Source of the DNA: Octopus sinensis | Lineage: Eukaryota | Reading direction: 5' to 3' | Assembly: GCF_006345805.1 (NCBI RefSeq) | Contig: NC_043017.1 | Location: 17,732,001-17,796,000, forward strand | DNA: 64,000 bases | In this document: positions 36,974 to 47,959 of the stretch, one piece after another | Position numbering within the stretch: position 1 is the stretch's first letter | Layout of the letters: the number at the start of each line of letters is the position of its first letter | Translations under genes and position numbers: made by a program | Notes under the pieces: generated by a model | What the model saw: the letters and a program-made list of their open reading frames with translations, nothing else | Database searches by the model: none | Told to the model about the DNA's origin: nothing

Positions 36974-38885
36974 ATTTCAGGAGTTAGCTCCTGCACTGCT
37001 AACTGAATGTGTTCTTTATGCTCAGCTAAACAATTGCTCCATCTTGGGAATGGAGGTAAAGGGAATGGTTGCTGCCAAATTGAAAAAACGCTGATAATTT
37101 GAGTGAAATTGGATGCATTTTTTTAAAAACTCACTTTTATTTATGCTTATCATGTTTAGTATGTGTTAAAAGTAAAAATTGTGAATTTTCTCTTTAATTT
37201 TATTTTCACTCCTGTCTTACTCTTCATCCTGGACACAAGTGTGAAGGGGTGTAACATTTCTTCTGGCTTATCTGTTAATTAAGGTAGGCAGGTGGACGGG
37301 AGGCTAAAATGTTGCTCTTCCCTCCAGACATTTATGAGAATTCTTGCTATGACACTGTCACCACCAAGATGGCCAAAATTGGAATGGCTTTGATCATATC
37401 TCTCCTCCAGCAGAACTGGCCTCAGGACTAAACAATAGCACCAAAGACTGAACTGTATTTCTTTCCCCCTCTTCCAATCTCCAAAGACATGCAAATAAAA
37501 CAATGGGCACTGTCCCTTCCTCTTCTTAGCCAGGCATCAATAAATAAATAGAAGTATTCACTGTGGAATAAAATTCATAAATATCTGTCTTTGAAAGGCT
37601 GGAATAGGAGGGTTAGGGAAGAGGTAGAGCAAAGCAGGAAGGCGGGATGGAAAAAGTGCAAGAAAGGTTCTCACACTTTTCTTTTTTTGGTAAAAACAAG
37701 AAATTGAATTATTGTACAAGGAAGGAAATATTCTTGAACTCCTCCTGAAATATTCCTGTTGATAAAATTTATTTCTGTGACAGAGCAGTATTTTAGTATT
37801 TTATTAAATTAGAGAGTATTTTTCAGATCTTAAAGTGATAGAAAATTAGATTTATTTGGAGCAGTTATGATGATGCCAATGAGAACGACAACCACAACAA
37901 CATTAATAAATGAAATACAAAAAAAAAAGAAGGATATTATTATTTGAAGGCAGAATTTTTGGATCTAAAATAATCTTTGTTTAGTGAGATATAAATTTGG
38001 TGGATCTGTCTCCAAGTCTGGCAAGCAATATCATGATCATGGTCATCATTTAATGTCCATTTTCCGTGCTGGCATGTGTATGAAATAACATACACCACAT
38101 GCACACACAGAATGTCAGAGAAAGATATATTTTCAGACAAAACACTGTCTGTGGTTCACTTCACACTACTGGTGATTAATGACTGATGTGTTTGGTTCAA
38201 GACTTTGGTAAGCCATTAGTCTCTGATGGAGCTGACTTATGATTAACAATATTCTATATGTGGGGATATTAGTGGAATAATGATGTAGGGAATCTTAGGA
38301 ATGGCAGAAGCGTCAGAGTGCTGGCTCGAACAACTTTTTGTATTGGGCTATGACTCTTTACATTCCTGAGCCCAAATCCAGTAAAGGTCAGTTTTGTCCC
38401 CATCCTCATAGGATTGATAAAATTAAGTATCCAGTCTAGCGGTCAGTTTGATTAAATCCCCACCTTTCAGAAATATAAGCTGTACCTATGTTGAATATTG
38501 TTGATCGGGTCAGATCTGATTGAAAAGACCTATAATTAAAGGTATTCCAGCCATGACCAACCCGTCTTTTTCCTATGTGCAGACAACCCAGGATCACATT
38601 GTTCAACACATCCTTTTTTTTATTAAGCCTACCGCAATACATAGTGTAGGCCTCACACACTTTAGCAGATTGCTACTACAGGAGACTTTTTTCCTTTTGT
38701 CTTGATAAATTGACTACAGACATAGCAAAATGCCAGATGCTTGCACCCTCTTGATGGCACCTGTAATAAATGCAAAGCAGCCAATCCTCTTTGACAGCTA
38801 AAACTAAACCAAGCCAGTGAGTTCAAGAGTTTAAGGTCCCTCTATTTACATAACTGTAAATAGTGTGTAAATATTTCATATTTAC

Positions 38886-39113
38886 GGAGATGTACTTGCA
38901 TAGCAAGTGATTTGATCTGAGATCGTGTGCTGAAACGAAAACAATTGCAGTGTGGAAGGTGTTTGTAAGCCATTTACGAAACACACAAAAGCCATTCGAT
39001 TCACTTCAACATTTACGAAAATATTTTGACAAATTAAACTTAAATGTTGAAGTGAATCGAATGGCTTTGTGTGTTTCTTAAATGGCTTACAAACACCTTC
39101 CACGCTGCAATTG
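38886..39113. mobile_element. Short repeat with fold-back, same family as 43661-43995
   Basis: Inverted arms 38942-39015 and 39041-39113; the spacer is the 3' half of the variant hammerhead. Confidence 0.8.
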
Positions 39114-39398
39114 ATTTCATATTTAAATTTATTCTTATGTATGCATTGTCTGGGTAAGCTTGCACATAATTTTCATGGTATATGCATATAAGGTGTGGAC
39201 TGGTGATGAGATTCATCTCTGATCTTGTGCAGGTACATGATGTCCATCACTCCTGAATAGGATTGGAGGTGAGTTATCTTGCCTGTCTATGGCTTTCAGG
39301 GGTTTTAACACCCAGCGCTTTGAGAGAGTACTCCCACCATGCCAGACTGCAGCCTATTAGCAAATACACAAAACATATATGTTAAGTATATGTGATTG

Positions 39399-39429
<31 letters not shown>

Positions 39430-39430
<1 letters not shown>

Positions 39431-40350
39431 CGGAAACTGAAAGAAGCCTGTCGTATATATGTATATATAGATATATGTGTGCGTGTATGTTTGTGTGTCT
39501 GTGTCTGTCCCCCTAGCATTGCTTGACAACCAATGCTGGTGTGTTTATGTCCCCGTCACTTAGCAGTTCGGCAAAAAGAGACCGATAGAATAAGTACTGG
39601 GCTTACAAAGAATAAGTCCCGGTGTCGAGTTGCTCGACTAAAGGTGGTGCTCCAGTATGGCCGCAGTCAAATGACTGAAACAAGCAAAAGAGTAAAGAGA
39701 GATATATATTTCTTTACTACCCACAAGGGGCTAAACACAGAGGGGACAAACAAGGACAGACAAACGGATTAAGTTGATTACATCGATCCCAGTGCGAAAC
39801 TGGCACTTAATTTATCGACCCTGAAAGGATGAAAGGCGAAGTCAACCTCGATGGAATTTGAACTCAGAACGTAACGGCAGACGAAATACGGCTATGCATT
39901 TCACCCGGCGTGCAAACGCTTCTGCCAGCTCGCCGCCTTTTTTTTTATTTTATGTTTTCTTTACTGCCCACAAGGGGCCAAACACAGAAGGGCCAAACAA
40001 GGACAGACAAAGGGATTAAGTCGATTACATCGACCCCAGTGCGAAACTTGCACTTTATTTATCGACCCCGAAAGGATGAAAGGCAAAGTCGACCTCGGCG
40101 GAACTTGAACTCAGAACGTAGCGACAGACGAAATACTGCTGAGCATTTCGCCCGGCGTGCTAACGATTCTGCCAGCTCGCCGCCCTGTGATTGATAATAT
40201 ATATATTGATTTCAAATTTTGGTGCAAGGCCAGCAAGTTCGGGGCAGGGATAAATTGATTACATCGACCCCAGGACTCAACTGGTACTTATTTTATCAAC
40301 CCCAAAAAGGATGAAAGGCAAAGTTGACCTCTGCAACATTTGAACTCAAT
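39430..40350. mobile_element. SINE cluster: family B 3' half (+), then two family A copies and one diverged A-like copy (-)
   Basis: Direct similarity to other copies. Confidence 0.85.
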
Positions 40351-40420
40351 ATGAAAAGCATTTTGTCTGGTATGTCTATATATATATATATTAAAGTAAT
40401 AAAGTTAATGTTTGGTCATA

Positions 40421-40480
40421 GAGTGACCAGTGGCTTCGCATCCACAAAGGCTATATCTTTGTGACTAACTCATCAGACTG
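40421..40480 (-). ncRNA. Type I hammerhead motif with an A15.1G change
   Basis: Minus strand cAGT-CTGATGA-G..CACAAAG(atatagc)CTTTGTG..C-GAAG-CCACTGG-TC-ACTc. Confidence 0.6.
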
Positions 40481-40860
40481 TCGTGCGAAAACAAATTTAA
40501 GTCTTCACCTCTAGTAGGTAGAAATCTGATACCGTGATTGGTCATTTGGTCATCAAAAAATAAATAAGTCTGGCATTAGTGAGGATGGGTTATCTCCCCT
40601 AGAGCAGTTCTTTGTGTGTTGAGAGAGGAAAATAAGTGATCTATCCCTTAGGCTGCTATTGGATCATAAGGGCTCTTTTGGGCTTAGTCTGTGAACAGGG
40701 AATCCCATGCTTGCAGCAAGTAGCACTTGAAATGGATGCATGAACACTATTTTTTCAGACCTGCTACTAACTACCGAGCCTTCACAAAGGAAGAGAGACA
40801 GACAGACAGACAGACAGAAAAAAGGAAAATGTCCTACCTATTTGAAGACTATTTCTTTTC

Positions 40861-41266
40861 TTTCTTTTACTTGTTTCAGTCATTTGACTGTGGCCATGCT
40901 GGAGCACCGCCTTTAGTCGAGCAACTCGACCCCAGGACCTATTCTTTGTAAGCCCAGTACTTATTCTATCGGTCTCTTTTGCCGAACTGCTAAGTGACGG
41001 GGACATAAACACACAAGCATCGGTTGTCAAGCAATGCTAGGGGGACAAACACAGACACACAAACGCACACACACATACATATATATATATATACATATAC
41101 ACGACGGGCTTCTTTCAGTTTCCGTCTACCAAATCCACTCACAAGGCTTTGGTCGGCCCGAGGCTATAGAAAAAGACACTTGCCCAAGGTGCCACACACT
41201 GGGACTGAACCCGGAACCATGTGGTTGGAAAGCAAGCTACTTACCACACAGCCACTCCTGCACCTA
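40861..41266 (-). mobile_element. SINE family B
   Basis: Full-length reverse copy. Confidence 0.9.
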
Positions 41267-41481
41267 TGGAAATATTTACAAAATATTTCATTTAATTTTT
41301 TCTTCAATTTAATTGTTTTTCTTCTTAATTAATATCCACCTTTGTTTTACTTTTAGTTGAAAATTATTTTAGCATTTTCTACTTTGTCTTATTTTCCTTA
41401 TACATATCAACTCATGTGTTACTTTCCAACCTTCTACACACATATAGATATATTTGCATACATACACACACAAGCATGTAA

Positions 41482-41512
<31 letters not shown>

Positions 41513-41524
41513 ATATATATAAAT

Positions 41525-41915
41525 ATCAGAATCGATATATATATATATATCAGAATCTGAATCGAAATCGATCAATGGAAATTGCAGCTGAGTTACCAGT
41601 GCCGGTGGCACGTAAGAGAACCATCCGAACGTGGCCGTTGCCAGCGCCGCCCTGACTGGCCTCGTGCCGGTGGCACGTAAAAAGCACTGTCTGTTCGTGG
41701 CCGTTGCCAGCCTCGTCTGGCACCTGTGCCAGTGGCACGTAAAAAGCACCCACTACACTCATGGAGTGGTTGGCGTTAGGAAGGGCATCCTGCCATAGAA
41801 ACATTGCCAGATCAAACTGGGCCTGGTACAGCCTTCTGGCTTCCCAGACCCCAGTTGAACCGTCCAACCCATGCTAGCATGGAAAGCGGACGCTAAACGA
41901 TGATGATGATGATGT
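41525..41915 (+). mobile_element. SINE family C
   Basis: Subrepeats and (GAT)n tail. Confidence 0.88.
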
Positions 41916-42420
41916 TGATGATATCATGCATTTAATATTATCTAGGTAATAACCTCTTAACGTGCATCTAAAAGCTTCTATACTGTCATCATGTACCATA
42001 TACCATCATACAACAAGGTTATTCCTTTTACTGGATACGCACATAGAACTCGGTTAGTGTATACAGAATTTGCATAAAAATTTATCCAACAAAATGATGA
42101 AATGAACAGGTTTTAATTACAAAGTACAACAATTGTTTCTGTGCAGTGGTAACAGTTGTTAGTTGCTGAGTTTTCCGTTTCATATTATTATATAAATTAT
42201 ATTAATAATTACGTGAATAGGATCCAGCAGCAGCAGCTGTGTACCAGCATGTCATCAGGTGATAGCTTTGATAGCACTGTTGGATCATGCTCTGTTTCCC
42301 ATTGTTTTATACAGTTTTGCATAATTAGCATTCTCTCTTTACTGAGTATCTTATAAATGCATGGCAGCAAAAGTTATAAAAATACACCCCCACCATAAAA
42401 AATAAATAAAATACATAGAA

Positions 42421-42584
42421 TGGCGCAGGAGTGGCTGTGTGGTAAGTAGCTTGCTAACCAACCACATGGTTGTGGGTTCAGTCCCACTGCGTGGCATCTT
42501 GGGCAAGTGTCTTCTACTATAGCCCCAGGCCGACCAATGCCTTGTGAGTGGATTTGGTAGACGGAAACTGAAAGAAGCCTGTCG

Positions 42585-42625
<41 letters not shown>

Positions 42626-42826
42626 TTGTGTGTCTGTGTTTGTCCCCCTAGCATTGCTTGACAACCGATGCTGGTGTGTTTACGTCCCCGTCACTTAGCG
42701 GTTCGGCAAAAGGGACCGATAGAATAAGTACTGGGCTTACAAAGAATAAGTCCCGGGGTCGATTTGATCGACTAAAGGCGGTGCTCCAGCATGGCCGCAG
42801 TCAAATGACTGAAACAAGTAAAAGAG
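42421..42826 (+). mobile_element. SINE family B
   Basis: Full-length copy. Confidence 0.9.
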
Positions 42827-43610
42827 ACAGTAAAAAATAAAAAGTTTCTCTCTTTTTTTTATCTTAGGACATAAACTAAAACTATTCACTGGGGGACATG
42901 TATACCTATTCCTACTGTTGCATTTTTATATATTATTATTTGCAACCTAGTTTAATGTTGTTATTACTACTATTTCTTACATATGTAAGTGTACGTGGGT
43001 AAGAGCAATTTAATCACTTCTCATGTGATAAGAATTTTAATGACTGTTAAAAGACTGATGGCGACCAGGTTAAGTGAAATTAAGTTTTAAGAGTGGACGG
43101 ACAAGCAAATGGATATCCTGCTGGGGTAAAGTGATGATCATTGAAGAAAAAGTTACAGGCAATAGTCTTCTGCATAGCTGGCCCCTTTCAAACTGCCCAA
43201 TCCATGCCAGCATGAAAGATGGACATTAAATGATAATGATGATGATGATGATGATGGTTTCTATTTTTTGCTGCCATTATATTTTTTGGGTATTTTTATA
43301 ACTTGTATTGCCTTCAATCTATAAGATACCTGGTAAATTGAAAATGCTAATAATGCAAAGGCATATAGAACAATGGGAAACTGAACATGATCCAGCAGTG
43401 CTATCAAAGTCACTCACCTGATGGCATGTTGGTACACAGCTGTTACTGCAACCTATTTATCTATGAACTTATTTATAAAATAATTTATGGAATAGTATGA
43501 TGCAGAAAACTTAGGAACTAACAGCTGTTACGGCTGAGCAGAAGAAATTGTTGTGTTCTGCAATTCAAGCCTGTTCATTCCCTCTTTTAAATTTTTATGC
43601 ATGTATGTAA

Positions 43611-43660
<50 letters not shown>

Positions 43661-43662
<2 letters not shown>

Positions 43663-43995
43663 CAGTGATGTACTTGCATAGCGAGTGACTTGATCTGAGA
43701 TCGTGTGCTGGAACGAAAACAGTTGCAGCATGGAAGGTGTTTATAAGCCATTTAAGAAACACACAAAACCCGTTAGATTCACTTCAACATTTAAATTTAA
43801 TTTGTCAAAATATTTTCGTCGCTTTGAGACCGTGACCTGTTCACTGACAAAACTTCATGCTGCATCACGAAGTTTTGTCAGTGAACAGGTCGCAGTCTCA
43901 AAGCGACGAAAATATTTTGACAAATTAAGTTTAAATGTTGAAGTGAATCTAAAGGTTTTGTGTGTTCTTAAATAGCTTATAAACACTGCAATTGT
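43661..43995. mobile_element. Short repeat with a ~120-bp fold-back carrying a variant hammerhead on each strand
   Basis: Arms 43737-43856 and 43869-43986; 12-nt loop. Confidence 0.85.
43874..43924 (+). ncRNA. Hammerhead-architecture RNA with a G3:C8 swapped core (antisense twin at 43801-43851)
   Basis: TTTGTCA-GTGAACA-G-GTCGC(agtctcaaa)GCGAC-GAA-AATATT-T-TGACAAA. Confidence 0.6.
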
Positions 43996-44003
43996 ATATA
44001 TAT

Positions 44004-44036
<33 letters not shown>

Positions 44037-44407
44037 GTCAATATAAATAAAATTCAGTTGAATTATGTACTTAAATTGAGACACCTCGTTAGGTTGGAAT
44101 AATATATACATACAACAATATTATGTAAATGTCAAATTTGGTGCATAAGTACTGGCCAAATGATATTCTTACAGTGTATGTAGACAATTAGACCCAGCTG
44201 AGTGAAGAAATCTGCTCTTGACCTATTCAGACATGTATATTATATTAAGTATACAGTCCATAATATTTATTAAAAATGTTTTTGTTTTTTTTTAATTATT
44301 CATTCACCCATCTTGGTGGAATCTTCCATTAGATACATTTTGCTTTTATATCGCTTCACAACTATCCTCTGTTTAAATGTAAACATCCTGGTTGCATAGT
44401 TCAATCA

Positions 44408-44451
44408 GCGCCTGATGAACATACTTATGTACGTGAAACTATTGGTAGCGC
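44408..44451 (+). ncRNA. Minimal type I hammerhead ribozyme motif
   Basis: GCGC-CTGATGA-ACATAC(TTAT)GTACGT-GAAAC-TATTG-GTA-GCGC. Confidence 0.8.
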
Positions 44452-44501
44452 ATATAATGCATGTAGTATGAAGAATTTATAGTAGTATATATATACATAT
44501 A

Positions 44502-44790
44502 TAGGAGTGGCTGTGTGGTAAGTAGCTTGCTTACGAACCACATGGTTCTATGTTCAGTCCCACTGCGTAGCATCTTGGGCAAGTGTCTTCTACTACAGCC
44601 TTGGGCTGACCAAAACCTTGTGAGTGGATTTGGTAGACGGAAACTGAAAGAAACCCATCGTATATATGTATATATATATATATGTGTGTGTGTGTGTATG
44701 TGTGCATGTATGTGTTTGTGTGTCTTTGTTTGACCACCACCCCCAACATCGCTTGACAACCGATGCTGGTGTGTTTACACCCCCATAACA
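44502..44790 (+). mobile_element. SINE family B, 3'-truncated
   Basis: Head and body present, 3' end missing. Confidence 0.85.
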
Positions 44791-45170
44791 TAGTCATTGA
44801 AAAGGTTGCAAGACGCAACGAAAATTTTTTCTGATTGCAGCCCTCCTGTGAAATCCAGCTTTGTGCAGCTCCCAGCAAACAGTTTTCATGGAAACTTGGT
44901 TCTCAAGGTGGTCATTAAGCTCTGCAGTAATTTTGGGAGCTGTATTTTTGTGATCCTTTCTAATAATTCACATAAGAGTTTGATGGTCCCTATCTGAAAG
45001 TTTTGGTTTTCTTCCGGGGTTTTTGCCTCTGTCTCAAAGGCTGTCTTTACTTTCGAGACAGTACTTCTTGATACACCAAAGATTTTGGCTATTTTCATTA
45101 TGCTAGCGCCTGTCATACGAGCACCAACAATTTGACCTCTTTGAAAGTTCGATAGATCCGTCATTTTAAT
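44790..45170 (-). pseudogene. Tc1 transposase N-terminal (HTH) remnant
   Basis: MTDLSNFQRGQIVGARMTGAS..IAKIFGVSRSTVSKV, then SDRDHQTL..KITAELN..VSMKTV..ELHKAGF after a frameshift. Confidence 0.85.
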
Positions 45171-45411
45171 GAATTTTAATTACCTTTTTCTGATGATATC
45201 TGAAAAGAAACATCTTTACATTTCCCCATTCACCCCGCAAAGCCATTAAAAAATCAATAGAAGTGACATTTTTGTGAATTTTCTATCCAAAACCCAATCA
45301 AAATGCCTGAAACTTGATACACCAATTGAATGCCAGCTAGCTGTATGTGATTGGTCAGAGATTTGGTCAGTACTCGCGTGTATGTGCGCACGCATGCAGC
45401 TGTATATGCAT

Positions 45412-45456
45412 GCACTTGCACTATGACCCGACGTTGCCGGGTCATAGTGCTAGTGC
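45412..45456. other. Helitron-3'-end-like hairpin
   Basis: GCACTATGACCCG(7-nt loop)CGGGTCATAGTGC is a 13-bp perfect stem ending in CTAG|T. Confidence 0.5.
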
Positions 45457-45729
45457 ACATATATTTCTTATCCAGTGAACCCAATGATGACAATCTTCTT
45501 GATCTGTAGATGTTGTTGCTGACTGTCAGTCCTAGCCCTTGCTTGATGTGTTGAACTTGTCACAGACTGTTGGGGGTCAATGTTAAGTTGGAGGGGCCAG
45601 GTGTAACTTGGAGTACAGCACACCTCTTTTTGTACTGTTGTCTAAGAGTGAGGGATGCATTTCTCCTCCATATAATCAATCCTATCTAGACACACGCACA
45701 CATATACACACGTGTGTATGTGTGTGTGT

Positions 45730-45761
<32 letters not shown>

Positions 45762-46104
45762 GAGAGAGAGAGAGGGTGAGAGAGAGTCTGTCTGTGTCGT
45801 TCTCTCTCTGGTACAAAAAAAATATAACATGAACAGTGCAGAGAAGCTGGTGAAAGAAAGAGATGTGTGGTGAGTCAGCTGCGTTCAGGAATCAGTTGAA
45901 ATGACCGTTTAGGCAGGCCATTGTGCTGATAAAACAATTTGGTTGTTAAGTCCACTGCTTCTCTCTCCCTCCTCCTTACCGTACCATTCTGCACTACATA
46001 TACTAACATCCTCAGCATCATCAACATCATCATCATCTCTGATTGCTAGCTTCTCTTACCATTTATTTGCTATTCTCGCAGTTATGTGTGTGCGGACACA
46101 TCTA

Positions 46105-46160
46105 CCTACCTATCTGTCTGTCTGTCTGTCTATCGATCTATCTGTCTGTCTATCTATCTA

Positions 46161-46191
<31 letters not shown>

Positions 46192-46216
46192 GTCTATCTA
46201 TCTGTCTGTCTGTCTA

Positions 46217-46247
<31 letters not shown>

Positions 46248-46264
46248 GTCTGTCTGTCTATCTA

Positions 46265-46336
<72 letters not shown>

Positions 46337-46368
46337 TCTGTCTGTCTATCTGTCTGTCTGTCTGTCTA

Positions 46369-46403
<35 letters not shown>

Positions 46404-46416
46404 GTCTGTCTATCTA

Positions 46417-46483
<67 letters not shown>

Positions 46484-46512
46484 GTCTGTCTATCTGTCTG
46501 TCTGTCTGTCTA

Positions 46513-46585
<73 letters not shown>
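46105..46585. repeat. (CTAT)/(CTGT) tetranucleotide array
   Basis: Direct reading. Confidence 0.95.
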
Positions 46586-46586
<1 letters not shown>

Positions 46587-46801
46587 CTTTGTGGTTTCTG
46601 TCTGGCCCTCACCTTCTTTGACCGTTTCGTGGTCTTCAGTTCCTCTTTCCCCACCAATGTCTGTCTCTCCTGCAATATGTGTGTGTGTTAACCTCTCTTT
46701 CGCTATCAATCGTTCTCTCTCTAGTACAAAAAAAAAAAAATATCACTTTACCAATCTATCTATATATCGACCTGTATATAGCTAAGTAGGTATCTAACTA
46801 G

Positions 46802-46845
<44 letters not shown>

Positions 46846-46849
<4 letters not shown>

Positions 46850-47063
46850 CAGCCAAAAAACCTTAGCTATTTCTTAGAAGAAATAGCTAAGGTTTTTTGG
46901 CTGCTATTTCAAAACTTGGGTATGTGGTAAAGCAAATCTTTGCTGAACCCTAATTATTAAGTATTACATAAGTTTACCGTGAAATGGTCCTTTTTTCACG
47001 CCGAATTCTACTTGGTGAAATTATTGATTACTTCTTAATTAATTAATTTTACCCTTTGTTATT

Positions 47064-47070
<7 letters not shown>
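46846..47070. mobile_element. Short repeat with a terminal perfect 30-bp fold-back, family of 26960-27250
   Basis: Arms 46846-46875 and 46878-46907. Confidence 0.75.
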
Positions 47071-47108
<38 letters not shown>

Positions 47109-47704
47109 AGATAAGAAAATGGAGAAATACATCTAAATCAAATATCAATTACCAGATAATACTCAATCACATACTTTATTAAACCACCACATAAGAGACT
47201 GTAGGGTTAAATATAAAAAGCAGAACAAATCAGTGTACATAAAGGAATGTACATAAAAAAGTGTACATAAAAGAGTAACGTTGTATGTATATATATATAT
47301 ATATATACATTTGTTTACTTTATGGGTCCGTCTCGCTTCTTCCTTCGTACGCTCACACATATGTATTGGCGCGCGCACACATACACACACACACGCCTAA
47401 GTACTCAATATAGAATATAAACAGTTATTTTCGAGCAGAGGTTGCTCTGGTCCGTTACTCAGTTTCGTACAGAACGTTGAAGAATCAACTCTGGGGAACA
47501 TGTGTGTGTGTATATGCGCGCTCGTGTTTGTTAATATGAATAAAGTGTACATGAGGCATAATAATATTGGTGAAATTCGGAGTAAACGACTGTAAAAGTC
47601 CAAGGTTTTCCACAGTAGGCGCATATAAGTTTATCAGTCTTTAACGTTTACTCTCAAATACCTCGCACCATTAACCCACACACTACATCGTCACAGACAA
47701 TTTA

Positions 47705-47920
47705 CTATTTCATTACTACCCACAAGGGGCTAAACACAGAGGGGAGAAAGGGATTAAATCAATTATGTTGACCCTAGTGCGTAACTGGTACCTATTTAAT
47801 CGACCCCGAAAGGATGAAAGGCAAAGTCGACCTCGGCGGAATTTGAACTCAGAACCGTAACCGCAGACGAAATACTGTTAAGCATTTCGCCCGACGTGCT
47901 AACGATTCTACCAGCTCGCA
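47705..47920 (-). mobile_element. SINE family A
   Basis: Core motif present. Confidence 0.88.
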
Positions 47921-47959
47921 GACAATCTTCTCTACCCCAAGTACACAAAGTCTACTATA

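Noticed and set aside
46611-46650. Minus-strand CTGAAGA-CCAC-GAAACGGTC
   Set aside because: Neither stem I nor stem II can form.
47445-47475. Minus-strand GAAACTGAGTA half-hammerhead
   Set aside because: No CUGANGA or stem I partner was found nearby.
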